A DNA stretch of 64,000 bases, taken from assembly GCA_003141835.1 (NCBI GenBank), contig PLNR01000011.1, positions 107,804 through 171,803 of the forward strand. The letters run 5' to 3'. The first letter of the stretch is position 1. Each line of letters starts with the position of its first letter. Below the pieces are notes generated by a model. The model saw only the letters and a program-made list of their open reading frames with translations, was not told the origin of the DNA and searched no databases. Position numbers and translations under genes: made by a program. Source of the stretch: Candidatus Omnitrophota bacterium. Lineage in GTDB: Bacteria > Omnitrophota > Gorgyraeia > Pluralincolimonadales > Pluralincolimonadaceae. Shown piece after piece: positions 1-9,782 of the stretch.

Positions 1-131
1 AGGTATAGGGGTATCTTGATGGTGCGCACCTTATAATCCACCCCCTGCCGGGTTGTAACCTCTGAACTAAGGATGGCTGCCGCCGTGATCAAGACGGCCA
101 AACCGAGCAGGAAATACCTGTATTTTTTCAT
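1..131 (-). CDS. 5' part of a gene encoding a probable secreted/membrane protein. Only the N-terminus is in the window (MKKYRYFLLGLAVLITAAAILSSEV..., signal-peptide-like). Its ATG overlaps the asnB-like stop as ATGA.
   Basis: Manual translation of the minus strand from the ATG at ~131. The hydrophobic N-terminus and ATGA coupling with the upstream gene are seen directly. No homology could be assigned. Confidence 0.3.
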   Translation of the reverse strand, partial: MKKYRYFLLGLAVLITAAAILSSEVTTRQGVDYKVRTIKIPLY

Positions 132-2029
132 ATACCGTTATCCATGAATTTTTTGTGCCACAACTCAAGCATCAAGAGCGACCATAATTGGAAGGTATGG
201 TCTTTTTTTCCGGCAATATGGTCCTCGACGATCTTCTTCAGCGCATCGGGCCTGAAATACCCTCTTTTAAGGGAAACTTCCGAAAGCAGTGTCTCCCGTA
301 AGAAACCCTTGAGTTCTCCCCTGAACCACTGCCCTACAGGCACGCCGAATCCCATCTTCCTCCTGCGGATATTCTCTTCAGGGAGTAATCCCTTGACAGC
401 TTTTCTCAGTATATATTTTTTTGCAGATCCCCTGATCTTAAGATCAGACGGCAGTTTAGCGGCGAATTCCATAAGCTCGTGGTCGAGGAACGGCGACCTT
501 GCCTCAAGGGAATTGGCCATGCTGGCTATATCGACCTTTACCAGCAGGTCGTCGGGCAGATAGGTCGATGTATCGGCCGAAAGGAGGCTGTCCAGAAGGT
601 CCGGTTTGTTTGCGCCGGACAGGTACTGTTCTATCACGGGCAAAGGATCCGCCTGCCTGGCTGATTTTAAAAACTCTCCCGAATACAGGTCATCCGGCCG
701 GATCTCCCCTAAGATCCCGACCCACCTTAGATATCTTTCCGCTCTCGGCAGTCCCGCGCTCGCGAAAAACCTCTTTAAGCGCCTAAGCGTATCTTTTTGG
801 TTGACCGAATCCGGCAGGATACCGGCTAACCCGCCGGTGATCCTTCTTAAATATGCCGGCAATCTTTGCAGGTTTTCCGAGACCATCATCGCCTGGTACC
901 TTTCGTACCCGCCGAATGATTCGTCGCCGCCGTCGCCGTTCAAAGCTACAGTGACAAACCGTTTCGTCTCCCGTGAAACGTAATAAGTCGGTATACAGGA
1001 GGAGTCGGCATAAGGCTCCCCATACCTTTCCACCAACAAGGGAAGGATCTCAATGGCATTAGGTTTAACGATAAATTCGTGATGTTCAGTACCGAATCTA
1101 TCCGCGATCGCCCTGGCGTATTTCAGTTCACTGTAATCAGATTCCTCAAAACCTATCGAGAAAGTCTTGACCTTGGAACCGGATACCCTGCTCATCAGGC
1201 CCACGATCGCGCTTGAATCGATACCGCCGCTTAAAAAGGCGCCCAAAGGCACGTCGCTGTACAGCCTGATCTTTACCGCTTCTTCAAGCCGCTTTAGGAC
1301 TTCGCCGGAAGCCTCTTCTTCCGAGATCCTGGTCTTGGGTGAATAGTCCAGTTGCCAGTATCGCTTCAGGCGGATATCCCCGTCTTTCAAAACCAGGATA
1401 TGCGCGGGAGGAAGCTTGAAGACGCCTTTATAGATCGAAAGCGGGGCAGGCACATACCCAAAAGTCAGGTAATAATTTAGCGCCTTAAGGTCGATCTCCT
1501 TATCGATCAGGCCGCTTGCCAGTATCGATGTAAATTCGGATGAAAAACAAAAAGTTCCGCTCGAGTGATGGTAAAGGAGGGGCTTCTTCCCGACCCTGTC
1601 CCTTCCCAATAAAAGAGTCTTCTTTTTTTCATCCCATACGGCAAAAGCGAACATGCCGCGCAGCCGGTTGACGCAATCTTCCCCGTAAGTTTCGTAAAGA
1701 TGGACCATGACCTCGGTGTCGGAATCGGACCTGAAGATATGCCCCAACCTTTTTAATTCATCCCTTAGCTGCCTGTAATTATATATCTCTCCGTTAAAGA
1801 TCAGCCGGATCGACCCGTCTTCGTTTGTCATAGGCTGATGGCCGGCTTGGGACAAGTCGATGATGCTCAGCCTCCTGTGGCCCAATCCTACCGAAGGCGA
1901 ATCTTTGTTCAGGTAAATGCCCTCGTCATCAGGGCCCCTGTGCCTCAGGCTCCCGCACATATTACTTATTGTCTTCTCTTCGACCCTGTTATTGCTTCTA
2001 TGGTCGACTATTCCGCAGATGCCGCACAT
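128..2029 (-). CDS. Asparagine synthase (glutamine-hydrolysing) family amidotransferase, AsnB/WbpS-like. Paralogue 1 of 3.
   Basis: N-terminal MCGI (Cys2 class-II glutamine amidotransferase) and the SGGIDSS PP-loop motif. 633 aa. Confidence 0.88.
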   Translation of the reverse strand: MCGICGIVDHRSNNRVEEKTISNMCGSLRHRGPDDEGIYLNKDSPSVGLGHRRLSIIDLSQAGHQPMTNEDGSIRLIFNGEIYNYRQLRDELKRLGHIFRSDSDTEVMVHLYETYGEDCVNRLRGMFAFAVWDEKKKTLLLGRDRVGKKPLLYHHSSGTFCFSSEFTSILASGLIDKEIDLKALNYYLTFGYVPAPLSIYKGVFKLPPAHILVLKDGDIRLKRYWQLDYSPKTRISEEEASGEVLKRLEEAVKIRLYSDVPLGAFLSGGIDSSAIVGLMSRVSGSKVKTFSIGFEESDYSELKYARAIADRFGTEHHEFIVKPNAIEILPLLVERYGEPYADSSCIPTYYVSRETKRFVTVALNGDGGDESFGGYERYQAMMVSENLQRLPAYLRRITGGLAGILPDSVNQKDTLRRLKRFFASAGLPRAERYLRWVGILGEIRPDDLYSGEFLKSARQADPLPVIEQYLSGANKPDLLDSLLSADTSTYLPDDLLVKVDIASMANSLEARSPFLDHELMEFAAKLPSDLKIRGSAKKYILRKAVKGLLPEENIRRRKMGFGVPVGQWFRGELKGFLRETLLSEVSLKRGYFRPDALKKIVEDHIAGKKDHTFQLWSLLMLELWHKKFMDNGI

Positions 2030-3120
2030 TATCTTCGTTCCTGTTTGTTTTGGGAATAGGCTTCTTTTATGACGTTCAGGAACTTCGGCGCGTTCACTTT
2101 AACAGAATACTTCTCTTCTGCCGTTTTTCTCGCCGCAAGCCCCATCTTCCTCCTTAGCGCCGCGTCTTTTATCAATATGCCCAGTTTTTCGACCCACTGG
2201 TTTTCATCGATAGCCAGAAAACCGTTCACCCCGTCTGCCACTATTTCCTTGTTCATGCCAACCGGCGAGCATACGGCAGGTATGCCCATACTCATGTACA
2301 GGATCGCCTTGAATCCGCATTTACCGCGCGTCCATTCATTGTCGGGCATCGGCATTATCCCTATATCGAATGATCTCAGGTCCGCGATCTCCTGGTCCAG
2401 CGCCCAAGGCTTGCTGGTAATATTGGACTGGCCGCCGGCCTGAAAATTGCCCCCGACTATCCTGAATTCTATATTATCGAACTTTTTCGACAATGCGGCG
2501 AATACGCGTTCCATTTCGTTAAGGAAATCCGAAGTAGTAACGCTCCCTATCCATCCGATGATTATTTTATTATTGGTCGTTTTCATCTCCGGATAATATT
2601 TATCCGAATCGATAGGCGTAGGTATGACCGATACATTTTTGTTGTAACGCAGCGCGTAATCTGCCAGATAGCTGTTCCCGGCTATGACCCGACTGCTCAT
2701 CTTTATGATCCCGCATACCTTCTCGGGTTTTTTAAACCTTTCGATAAAAATGTTCTGGCGGCTGCTGTACGGCAGGAAGATCGCGTCGTCAAAATCGAAG
2801 ATCACGGGTTTTTTCAGCAATCCGAGCAGCGTCTCAAAAAAAGAGCTGCCCAGGGGGTAGGCTTCCCTGTGGATAAAGACCACATCGTATTTAGGTATAC
2901 GCGCCAGATCTAAAAACCGGGATACGACCCCCATGATAAAGAAATATATTTTATTAAGGTACCTTCCTTTTTTATACAAGATCGAAAAAGCGGAGCTGCT
3001 CCAAAAAGCGTGAAGGTCGTATTTTATCCCTTCCCTCCCAAGATAAGGCAGGTATTGTTCGACCCTGAACCTGTTGCTCGCTCCCTCGGTAGGATACGGC
3101 ACCCAGAATAATATTCTCAT
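2029..3120 (-). CDS. Glycosyltransferase, GT-B fold (GT4/family 1-like).
   Basis: C-terminal GT1 donor-binding region (…FKAILYMSMGIPAVCSPVG…EIVADGVNGFL). 363 aa. Confidence 0.78.
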   Translation of the reverse strand: MRILFWVPYPTEGASNRFRVEQYLPYLGREGIKYDLHAFWSSSAFSILYKKGRYLNKIYFFIMGVVSRFLDLARIPKYDVVFIHREAYPLGSSFFETLLGLLKKPVIFDFDDAIFLPYSSRQNIFIERFKKPEKVCGIIKMSSRVIAGNSYLADYALRYNKNVSVIPTPIDSDKYYPEMKTTNNKIIIGWIGSVTTSDFLNEMERVFAALSKKFDNIEFRIVGGNFQAGGQSNITSKPWALDQEIADLRSFDIGIMPMPDNEWTRGKCGFKAILYMSMGIPAVCSPVGMNKEIVADGVNGFLAIDENQWVEKLGILIKDAALRRKMGLAARKTAEEKYSVKVNAPKFLNVIKEAYSQNKQERR

Positions 3121-3124
3121 GCGA

Positions 3125-4315
3125 TCATAGCCTTTGATACAGTTCCATATATTTATCCACGCCGGAAGCCAAAGAAAAATAATTTTCCGCCGCGGCGCGG
3201 CATTTCTTCTTTACGGTATCCCCCCCGTCAACCAGCGCCAGGGCTTCCCGCGATGCTCTCTCATAATTGCCGGGTGAGTTATCCAGCACCACCCCTATCC
3301 CCTCTTTTTCTATTATCTCTCCCGTATCCCCTATGCCGGAATTGATCACGACCGGCAAGCCGCATGAGAGGCTTTCGGCGAATTTGATCGGAGAGCAGCC
3401 GGCGCCGGAGAGCTCCCTCTTATAAAACATGACAGACATATCAGAGCCGCATAAAGCACCGGGTACGTCCGCGAAATCCAGATTTTCCACCGCATAATCT
3501 TCGGGATCAATACCCCCATTTTTGACGGCGCCTTTAACTTCTTCGGCGTCGGAATTCGTGGCTACCCGGAAAAAAGCGTCTTTCCTGATCTTCTTGAAAT
3601 ATTTGAAAAAGGCGATCGACCCCTCAAGGTCGTAGAAAGTGCCTGAGCTCCCTAAATAGATAAGTACGGTCCTGTTTTTTGCGTTTTCGGGCAAAATACT
3701 TTTCCCCGGTTTACAGCCGAATAGGTCAAGGTCGACACAGCAGGGAATTACCGTGACCCGCGCCCCGGGATGGTTTGTTTTGAGCCGCTTCATTGCCGCT
3801 TCGCTTAAAACTACGACCTCGTCACTCCTGTTCACGAGGAACCTTTCTATCCCGTTGAACAAATGATATAAGGCACTCTTCCTGCCCCATGCGCCGCCGT
3901 CCACTTTCTCGTCCGGCCAAAAACCCCTCATGTCGAATATAAGCTTCCTGCCGGAAAAACCTTTCAGCATCACGCCGATCAAAGCAGGTATATAACCCCT
4001 CGCATGGATGATCTTGACATTATTTTTAAGCATACAACGGATCCCCGTAAAATAACCCGAAAAAATATCCATAATAGTGGCGGGAATAGCCGGCCGTTTA
4101 TGGTATCTGAGCAAAAACCAGCCTATTCCGGATCCCTTAAGCTCATCTTTACGGGCATCGAGAGCCGCGTGCCTTTCCAGCTTATCATTTTTTTCGAAGC
4201 TGATGACTGAAATATTGAATTCCCGCGATGCCAACTTCTTGAGATAAGGCAGGACCTGGGACCGCGCGACCGGGTCCAGCAGACCGTCGTAAGTTATATA
4301 CAGGATGCCTTTCAT
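3125..4315 (-). CDS. Glycosyltransferase, GT4 family.
   Basis: GT4 N-terminal domain followed by a GT1 C-terminal domain. The ORF extends to 4339, but the internal ATG at 4315 forms an ATGA overlap with the upstream gene's stop, so that start was chosen. Confidence 0.72.
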   Translation of the reverse strand: MKGILYITYDGLLDPVARSQVLPYLKKLASREFNISVISFEKNDKLERHAALDARKDELKGSGIGWFLLRYHKRPAIPATIMDIFSGYFTGIRCMLKNNVKIIHARGYIPALIGVMLKGFSGRKLIFDMRGFWPDEKVDGGAWGRKSALYHLFNGIERFLVNRSDEVVVLSEAAMKRLKTNHPGARVTVIPCCVDLDLFGCKPGKSILPENAKNRTVLIYLGSSGTFYDLEGSIAFFKYFKKIRKDAFFRVATNSDAEEVKGAVKNGGIDPEDYAVENLDFADVPGALCGSDMSVMFYKRELSGAGCSPIKFAESLSCGLPVVINSGIGDTGEIIEKEGIGVVLDNSPGNYERASREALALVDGGDTVKKKCRAAAENYFSLASGVDKYMELYQRL

Positions 4316-5730
4316 GGTTTTCGCCTGACAGCGTCCCATTTCGAGAAACCATAAGCCGCAAATACAAAGGCTACAGGCATAAACATGTCTTTATGCCGGA
4401 AAGCCGTGCCGATGTTACTTTCGTAAACGGCCATGGGAATAATGATCATCGATAACAAGACCGTAAACATCAACGCCGTGTAAGGCTCTTTCTTTAAGTA
4501 AATTAGCCAGCCTTTTATGACGAACGGGACCATAAGATACCAATAAATGACTTGCGGATAAAAAGGAAGAAAATTAAGCGACCAGTTTCCTAACGGGAAC
4601 GGCGCGAAGAAGAAATAAACTAGCCCCTTGAAGATCGTAACCAAATAGCTGAAAGAAAAAACATCGTTTGCAGTCAACGCCCTCTGTTGATATGCCCAAA
4701 CGGAGTATATCCTGTAATTGGCCGCTGAGATCTCTCCGAGCACGGTGCTCGGGATATTGCCGCTGGCTAAATAGTTTGCCGCGTCGACGATTTTCGAGAC
4801 CACCATCGATTTATATAATAAACAAAAACATGCGATGTAAATAACCACAAATAACAGCGAGATCTTAAAAGTGGACCGCCTCCTCGACTTAAGCATCGCA
4901 AATAAAGATGAGGCCAGCGCCAGGCCAGCGCCGGCCAATAACACCACCAACATCCTCGTACGGAACAAATTGTTGAGATAGGCGAATAAGACAGCCCATA
5001 ATATGAATACCATTTTCTTTTTGGTTATAGCCTTGACAATGAAGAATAAATAAACCAAAACAAGCAGGTTAGAAAGCGTATCGCGCAAGGCTGTGACGGA
5101 CCAATAAAAAATTGACGGGAAAAGCGCGAAGATAGCGGCGGCGATCCTGGCGGGCCTCTCTTCTTCAAGCAGTTGGCGCGCTATCAGGTAAACCATTACG
5201 ATGCTTATGCACCCGAACAGGCTGTTGAGCATTTTAGCCGCGATAGGCGCGTACCCAAGCCAGGCATACAGGATCCCCAGTAAGAATGTGTAAACACCGA
5301 ATTGGTATCCGGAGACGGGAGGAAATTTGTCATTATAATAAGTCCGCTCTATATTCATCCTCTTGGCCAAATACGGGTCTTTAGCCATCACCAAATTCTC
5401 TTCTGTGGGATCATTTTTTAATAAATGCGCAATATAAAAAGCATTCCCGCTGTAGACTGTCGCGTCCGGCTGGGTATCGCCTCCCCAGAACGGGCGCTCT
5501 GACCCCACATTATAATTGACCACGCAGAACAGCGCCCTCAGCGCGAAGCTTATGATGAATAACTTTATCAAAAAGCCCGAAGACTCTGTTTTGACAAAAA
5601 CCTTTATAATGAACACAGAGCACAGGAAGAGGAGAAAGATGAACAATCCGGCGGGATAAAAAGTCATAAAGAGCCCCGCGGCGATGCCGGTTAAAACCAG
5701 GATTAATGTCTCTTTTTTGGTAAGCATCAT
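4312..5730 (-). CDS. Polytopic inner-membrane protein (>=10 TM). Candidate O-antigen polymerase (Wzy-like) or GT-C-fold glycosyltransferase.
   Basis: 472 aa and highly hydrophobic, with a loop containing PFWGGDTQPD. No soluble catalytic motif is visible. Confidence 0.5.
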   Translation of the reverse strand: MMLTKKETLILVLTGIAAGLFMTFYPAGLFIFLLFLCSVFIIKVFVKTESSGFLIKLFIISFALRALFCVVNYNVGSERPFWGGDTQPDATVYSGNAFYIAHLLKNDPTEENLVMAKDPYLAKRMNIERTYYNDKFPPVSGYQFGVYTFLLGILYAWLGYAPIAAKMLNSLFGCISIVMVYLIARQLLEEERPARIAAAIFALFPSIFYWSVTALRDTLSNLLVLVYLFFIVKAITKKKMVFILWAVLFAYLNNLFRTRMLVVLLAGAGLALASSLFAMLKSRRRSTFKISLLFVVIYIACFCLLYKSMVVSKIVDAANYLASGNIPSTVLGEISAANYRIYSVWAYQQRALTANDVFSFSYLVTIFKGLVYFFFAPFPLGNWSLNFLPFYPQVIYWYLMVPFVIKGWLIYLKKEPYTALMFTVLLSMIIIPMAVYESNIGTAFRHKDMFMPVAFVFAAYGFSKWDAVRRKP

Positions 5731-5732
5731 AT

Positions 5733-6725
5733 TTACATCTTCCTCGCTACGATAAATATACCCCCGATGAGCAGGTTTTCATCGGAAAGCCGCTTGAATT
5801 CCGCAAGCAGCCGGGGCCTTATCTCCTCGATGGTCCTGAGATCCCCGCCGTCATAATCTATCCCTCTTGCTATCAGTTTTTTGTGAGGGACTATCTCGCC
5901 CTCGCGCGTCATCAAATTCGTTATCCGGGCATTGTAATCGTATCCGAGCCCCTTAAACTTCTCTTCGAAGTAATCCGCCCTCTTCCTGTTAGGTTTACCG
6001 CAATGTTTTGTCATCAGCGCCCAGGTATAAGCCGGTATCGTCAGGAAAAAGAACGGATTGTACCCGTCGCGCGTGAACATCCCGTGGTCCCGAAGGTCGA
6101 CTTTATGTATGTGATAACCGCCCTTTTTTAAATATTTATCCATGGCGTCGATCGCGGAATCTATGTCATAGACATGTTCGAGCGCCGCGCGGGAGATGAT
6201 CACATCAAAACTTTCGCCTTTAACCGCCTTATCCGCATCTTTTATATCCACGCCGTAAATATATTTTATCCTGTCACCGCAAAACCTGGCCTTGCCGTCT
6301 TTTAATATAACGGCTGAATCGAAGCGCTCCCTTTCCCCGGGGCCAAGCCGGTCCCTTAAGGCTGTGTATATCCCGTGTTGCTGGCGTTCATTTCTTGACG
6401 GATATATCCTGTCGATACAGGCGACTTTAGCGGCTCCGGAGGCTATGAGCCTCAGAGCCACGCCCAGGTTGTCTCCCGGGCCTATCTCCAGGACGCTCTT
6501 ACCTGATAAGTCGGCTTTTCCCAAGCCCGAATATTTCATATAATCATCATATACGGTATCTATGTAAGAGACGCTTTTCTCCAGCGAGAACCCGGTGTGG
6601 GTCGAGCCTATATGGAAGACATACCGGCCCGCCTTCAATTTTGCGGCGCTTACCCGGTCCTCAAGTATGTGTTTTGCTATCTTTAGCGCCTTGATCTTCC
6701 TTATGCTTTTCATTAATCCTGTCAT
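5733..6725 (-). CDS. Class I SAM-dependent methyltransferase.
   Basis: Motif I VLEIGPGDNLG. 330 aa. Confidence 0.7.
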   Translation of the reverse strand: MTGLMKSIRKIKALKIAKHILEDRVSAAKLKAGRYVFHIGSTHTGFSLEKSVSYIDTVYDDYMKYSGLGKADLSGKSVLEIGPGDNLGVALRLIASGAAKVACIDRIYPSRNERQQHGIYTALRDRLGPGERERFDSAVILKDGKARFCGDRIKYIYGVDIKDADKAVKGESFDVIISRAALEHVYDIDSAIDAMDKYLKKGGYHIHKVDLRDHGMFTRDGYNPFFFLTIPAYTWALMTKHCGKPNRKRADYFEEKFKGLGYDYNARITNLMTREGEIVPHKKLIARGIDYDGGDLRTIEEIRPRLLAEFKRLSDENLLIGGIFIVARKM

Positions 6726-6743
6726 TATCTTATTTTCCCGCGC

Positions 6744-8303
6744 TTATTTTTCAAATTTTACTATATCTATGTTCCTGAACCGGTGTTTTTCCACCGCCGT
6801 ATAGCCCTCTTTCTTCAGGAAATCGTCCACCTGCGCATACAGGCCGAATAACTCGAAATGCCCCTGGACCCTGTATAACCAAACGCTTCGGCAAGGATTG
6901 ATCTTTTTCCTGATATCGGCCCAGGCCTGGTCCGGCAGCGGCATGTAAGCGGATCTTTGCGTGTTCAGGCTTATGAACCGCCCTTCTATAATGACGGCAT
7001 TTTTGGACACTGATACGTCCGGCGGAGAATTCACGCAAATAAGACGGTCATTTTTCGCCAGGTTTCCATTCAAAAATGCTATCGATTTCCGGTAGTCAAA
7101 TTCGGGCGAGACCGCCGCAGGTATCCTGGAGGCGAAAACCAATAATATTAAAGACAAGGATATGATCGAAACCCACCTGTTCCTTGACCACAGGCTACCT
7201 ATAAAAGCCGCGACCAGCATTAAGAACATTGAATGCGAAACCGCAAAATATTTTGCTGTCGGCAGCGTATTTAGAAATCCGGCAAATAACCAGGAAAAGA
7301 ACAAAGGCAGGAAAGCCAGGAAGAAAGGAAGCCACAACAAGCGGTTTTCCCCGGCATTTTTAAACTTATTTTTCAGGAAACTGAAACTGTTATAAACAAA
7401 GAAAATAAGCGCTCCACATGAGGCAACCACTATCGAGGCTAGGGCCGCCTTCGAGAAATGTGCCTGTACCCCGCCCGGAAGGACCATGAATGAAGGATCT
7501 AACCCTGCCAATGATGCTAAATTCCTGACATATAAGCCAAGGCGAAGCGGTCCCACGTTAAAGCCCTTGTCTGACCAATCGTAATAGATGCTCGACGCGT
7601 TACGGAATTGCCCTAAAGCTGACGGCACCCATGGCGCGAAGACCAGGCCGGCTGCGGCCAATGACAGGATCCACTTAAAGATAAGCTTTTTATCTCTCCC
7701 CATGAACAGGACGACATATACGAACTGGGAGAAGATGAACAACGCGGAAAAGTAGAAAGTATAAAGGGCTAACGCGGAAGCCGCCGTATAGGCGGACCAG
7801 TCAAAAAGCGTATCCTTCCCCTTGATTATCCTTATCATGAAATACGTTGATAATAATAACCAAAACGCGGAATCGGAATAACTCCGCAGGATCTGGGAGA
7901 CGGATATCAAAAGCGGCGAAAATACGGCAAGTAAAAGCACGAGCAAGGCGAATTTCCCGCCTAAGTATTCTTTGGCTATCAGATAGGCCAAAAGACAACT
8001 GCCTGCCCCGAACAGAACGAAATACATCCTCAGCCAGGCGGTCGAATCATTGATAAACGACCACAGGTGCACCAGGGTATAGGTCAAGGGAGGGTATATC
8101 TCCCTGCTTTTCAGCTCGCCTATCATCTTATCGAGACCCATGTGCGCCATCTCCACAAGCGAGCTTTCGTCCCCGGAATACTCCTTGCCCAGGTTGACCA
8201 TCCTTACGGACAGGCCGATGGCAAGCAAAATGCAGACGATAAGCAACGAATGATAGAACCTGTTATTTAAGGAGGAGCTATTTATCTTTTTGGGCATTTT
8301 CAT
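6744..8303 (-). CDS. GT-C-fold membrane glycosyltransferase, ArnT/PMT (GT83/GT39)-like.
   Basis: 519 aa and polytopic. An acidic DE motif sits in the first extracytoplasmic loop (…KEYSGDESSL…), followed by an ArnT/PMT-like hydrophobic core (FALLVLLLAVFSPLLI). Confidence 0.62.
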   Translation of the reverse strand: MKMPKKINSSSLNNRFYHSLLIVCILLAIGLSVRMVNLGKEYSGDESSLVEMAHMGLDKMIGELKSREIYPPLTYTLVHLWSFINDSTAWLRMYFVLFGAGSCLLAYLIAKEYLGGKFALLVLLLAVFSPLLISVSQILRSYSDSAFWLLLSTYFMIRIIKGKDTLFDWSAYTAASALALYTFYFSALFIFSQFVYVVLFMGRDKKLIFKWILSLAAAGLVFAPWVPSALGQFRNASSIYYDWSDKGFNVGPLRLGLYVRNLASLAGLDPSFMVLPGGVQAHFSKAALASIVVASCGALIFFVYNSFSFLKNKFKNAGENRLLWLPFFLAFLPLFFSWLFAGFLNTLPTAKYFAVSHSMFLMLVAAFIGSLWSRNRWVSIISLSLILLVFASRIPAAVSPEFDYRKSIAFLNGNLAKNDRLICVNSPPDVSVSKNAVIIEGRFISLNTQRSAYMPLPDQAWADIRKKINPCRSVWLYRVQGHFELFGLYAQVDDFLKKEGYTAVEKHRFRNIDIVKFEK

Positions 8304-9066
8304 ATCGCTTTATTATGTCTCTTAAATGGGCCTTGCTGCTCGCGACCTCTTTCCCTATGAGTCCGAAATAACTTAAGAGCGTCTTTGATTTGTTCATCTT
8401 GCTCTTGCCCTTCCTGAAATCGCAGCGGAGTATCATCGGCACTTCCTTGATGCGGATCGGCAAACGGTTCAGGTTTATCAGCAACTCCACCATGCAAATA
8501 AACCCCTTATACTCGATAAGGCGGTTATCGTAAGCGTAAAATGCCTTTTTTAACATACCCGCCCTGTAAGCCCTGTAAAATGAACTGTAAGTATTGACCC
8601 CCTTTATCGGGAAGAATAATTTTAAAAGCGTGTTTGCTGCCGAGCTTAAGACCACGCGGTCGAGCGTCGTCCCCACTACTTTCCCGCCGGGGGCATAACA
8701 AGAGGCCAGGACCAGGTCATTCCCGTCATTTACTTCTTTTAACATCGCCTCCAGGATATCCAGGTCGCTCGTGTTGTCGGCTTCCTTAGTCACGATGATG
8801 TCATTATCTCCCGCGGTTTCCAACGCCCGCGAGAAACCTGCCTTAAAACCCTCTCCGACCCCTTTGCCTTCGGGGAAATCTATTATCTCCAGCGGTATCT
8901 TGTCTTTAAAACCTTGCGCCAGCTTCAGCGTAGAATCGGTGCTCCCGTCGTTTATCAATATTATCCGGTAGCCGATACCGAGCTTCCCGGTCTTCGCCGC
9001 CAGGTTTGAAAACAATCGATCGATATTTTCTTCTTCGTTCCGCGCCGGAATAATGAATATGACCAT
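8278..9066 (-). CDS. GT2 polyprenyl-phosphate glycosyltransferase (ArnC/DPM1/GtrB-like).
   Basis: MVIFIIPARNEEENI…ILINDGSTDST is a GT2 DXD-type fold. The track ORF starts at a TTG at 9123; the ATG at 9066, preceded by GGGAG, is the more likely start. Confidence 0.75.
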   Translation of the reverse strand: MVIFIIPARNEEENIDRLFSNLAAKTGKLGIGYRIILINDGSTDSTLKLAQGFKDKIPLEIIDFPEGKGVGEGFKAGFSRALETAGDNDIIVTKEADNTSDLDILEAMLKEVNDGNDLVLASCYAPGGKVVGTTLDRVVLSSAANTLLKLFFPIKGVNTYSSFYRAYRAGMLKKAFYAYDNRLIEYKGFICMVELLINLNRLPIRIKEVPMILRCDFRKGKSKMNKSKTLLSYFGLIGKEVASSKAHLRDIIKRYENAQKDK

Positions 9067-9080
9067 GTTGTTTATCTTTT

Positions 9081-9782
9081 TTATCTCCCTTGTTTGACCG
9101 CGTAGATCAGGTAACGCCAGCAAAAATGCTTTTGCAAACGCAGTTTGCGAATGACATTGTTAAGTAATTTATCCGTGGCTATTACGGCCTTCTTTACCGG
9201 TTTTATATTCGGCACTAGTTCGCTTCCGACAAATCCGCCGCTCAAGGGAAAGGCGATCACGTCCCTTAACCTGCATTCCCTGACATTGAACCCGTTGGCC
9301 TCCAGGACGTCGACTACTTTGTCCAGGGGCGCTTCCGGATCCACGTGTTTTATCAGTTTCCTCGAAAACCTGAGGATCCAATTCGGGTTCGGGTCAAAGA
9401 TTATCAATTCTTTGCGGCAAACCCTTCTTATTTCCTTTAGGGCCAGTTCAAAGGAGGCATCGGCCGCGATATGGTGGATCGCCTCCCTCAGGATGACCGT
9501 GTCAAAGGAGTCATCGGGGAATTCCAGTTTACATACCGACATATTCCTTACATCGATACCATACAGTTTCTTTGCCATCCTTATCGATTCCGGGTCGATA
9601 TCGATTCCTGTTATCTCTATATCACCCTTCTCCCTCCTGATCTGGTCTATGAGGCTCCCGTAACCGCAGCCTATATCCAATACCCTGCGGCCGGTTATCA
9701 GCTTTATGATGTCCGAGTTCTGGAGCCTTGCGACGTCGCCGTAGAACCTCTTTAGCCGTCTCTCTGGCTGCGGAACATTCAA
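9081..9782 (-). CDS. Class I SAM-dependent methyltransferase.
   Basis: VLDIGCGYGSL motif I. 233 aa. Confidence 0.75.
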   Translation of the reverse strand: MNVPQPERRLKRFYGDVARLQNSDIIKLITGRRVLDIGCGYGSLIDQIRREKGDIEITGIDIDPESIRMAKKLYGIDVRNMSVCKLEFPDDSFDTVILREAIHHIAADASFELALKEIRRVCRKELIIFDPNPNWILRFSRKLIKHVDPEAPLDKVVDVLEANGFNVRECRLRDVIAFPLSGGFVGSELVPNIKPVKKAVIATDKLLNNVIRKLRLQKHFCWRYLIYAVKQGR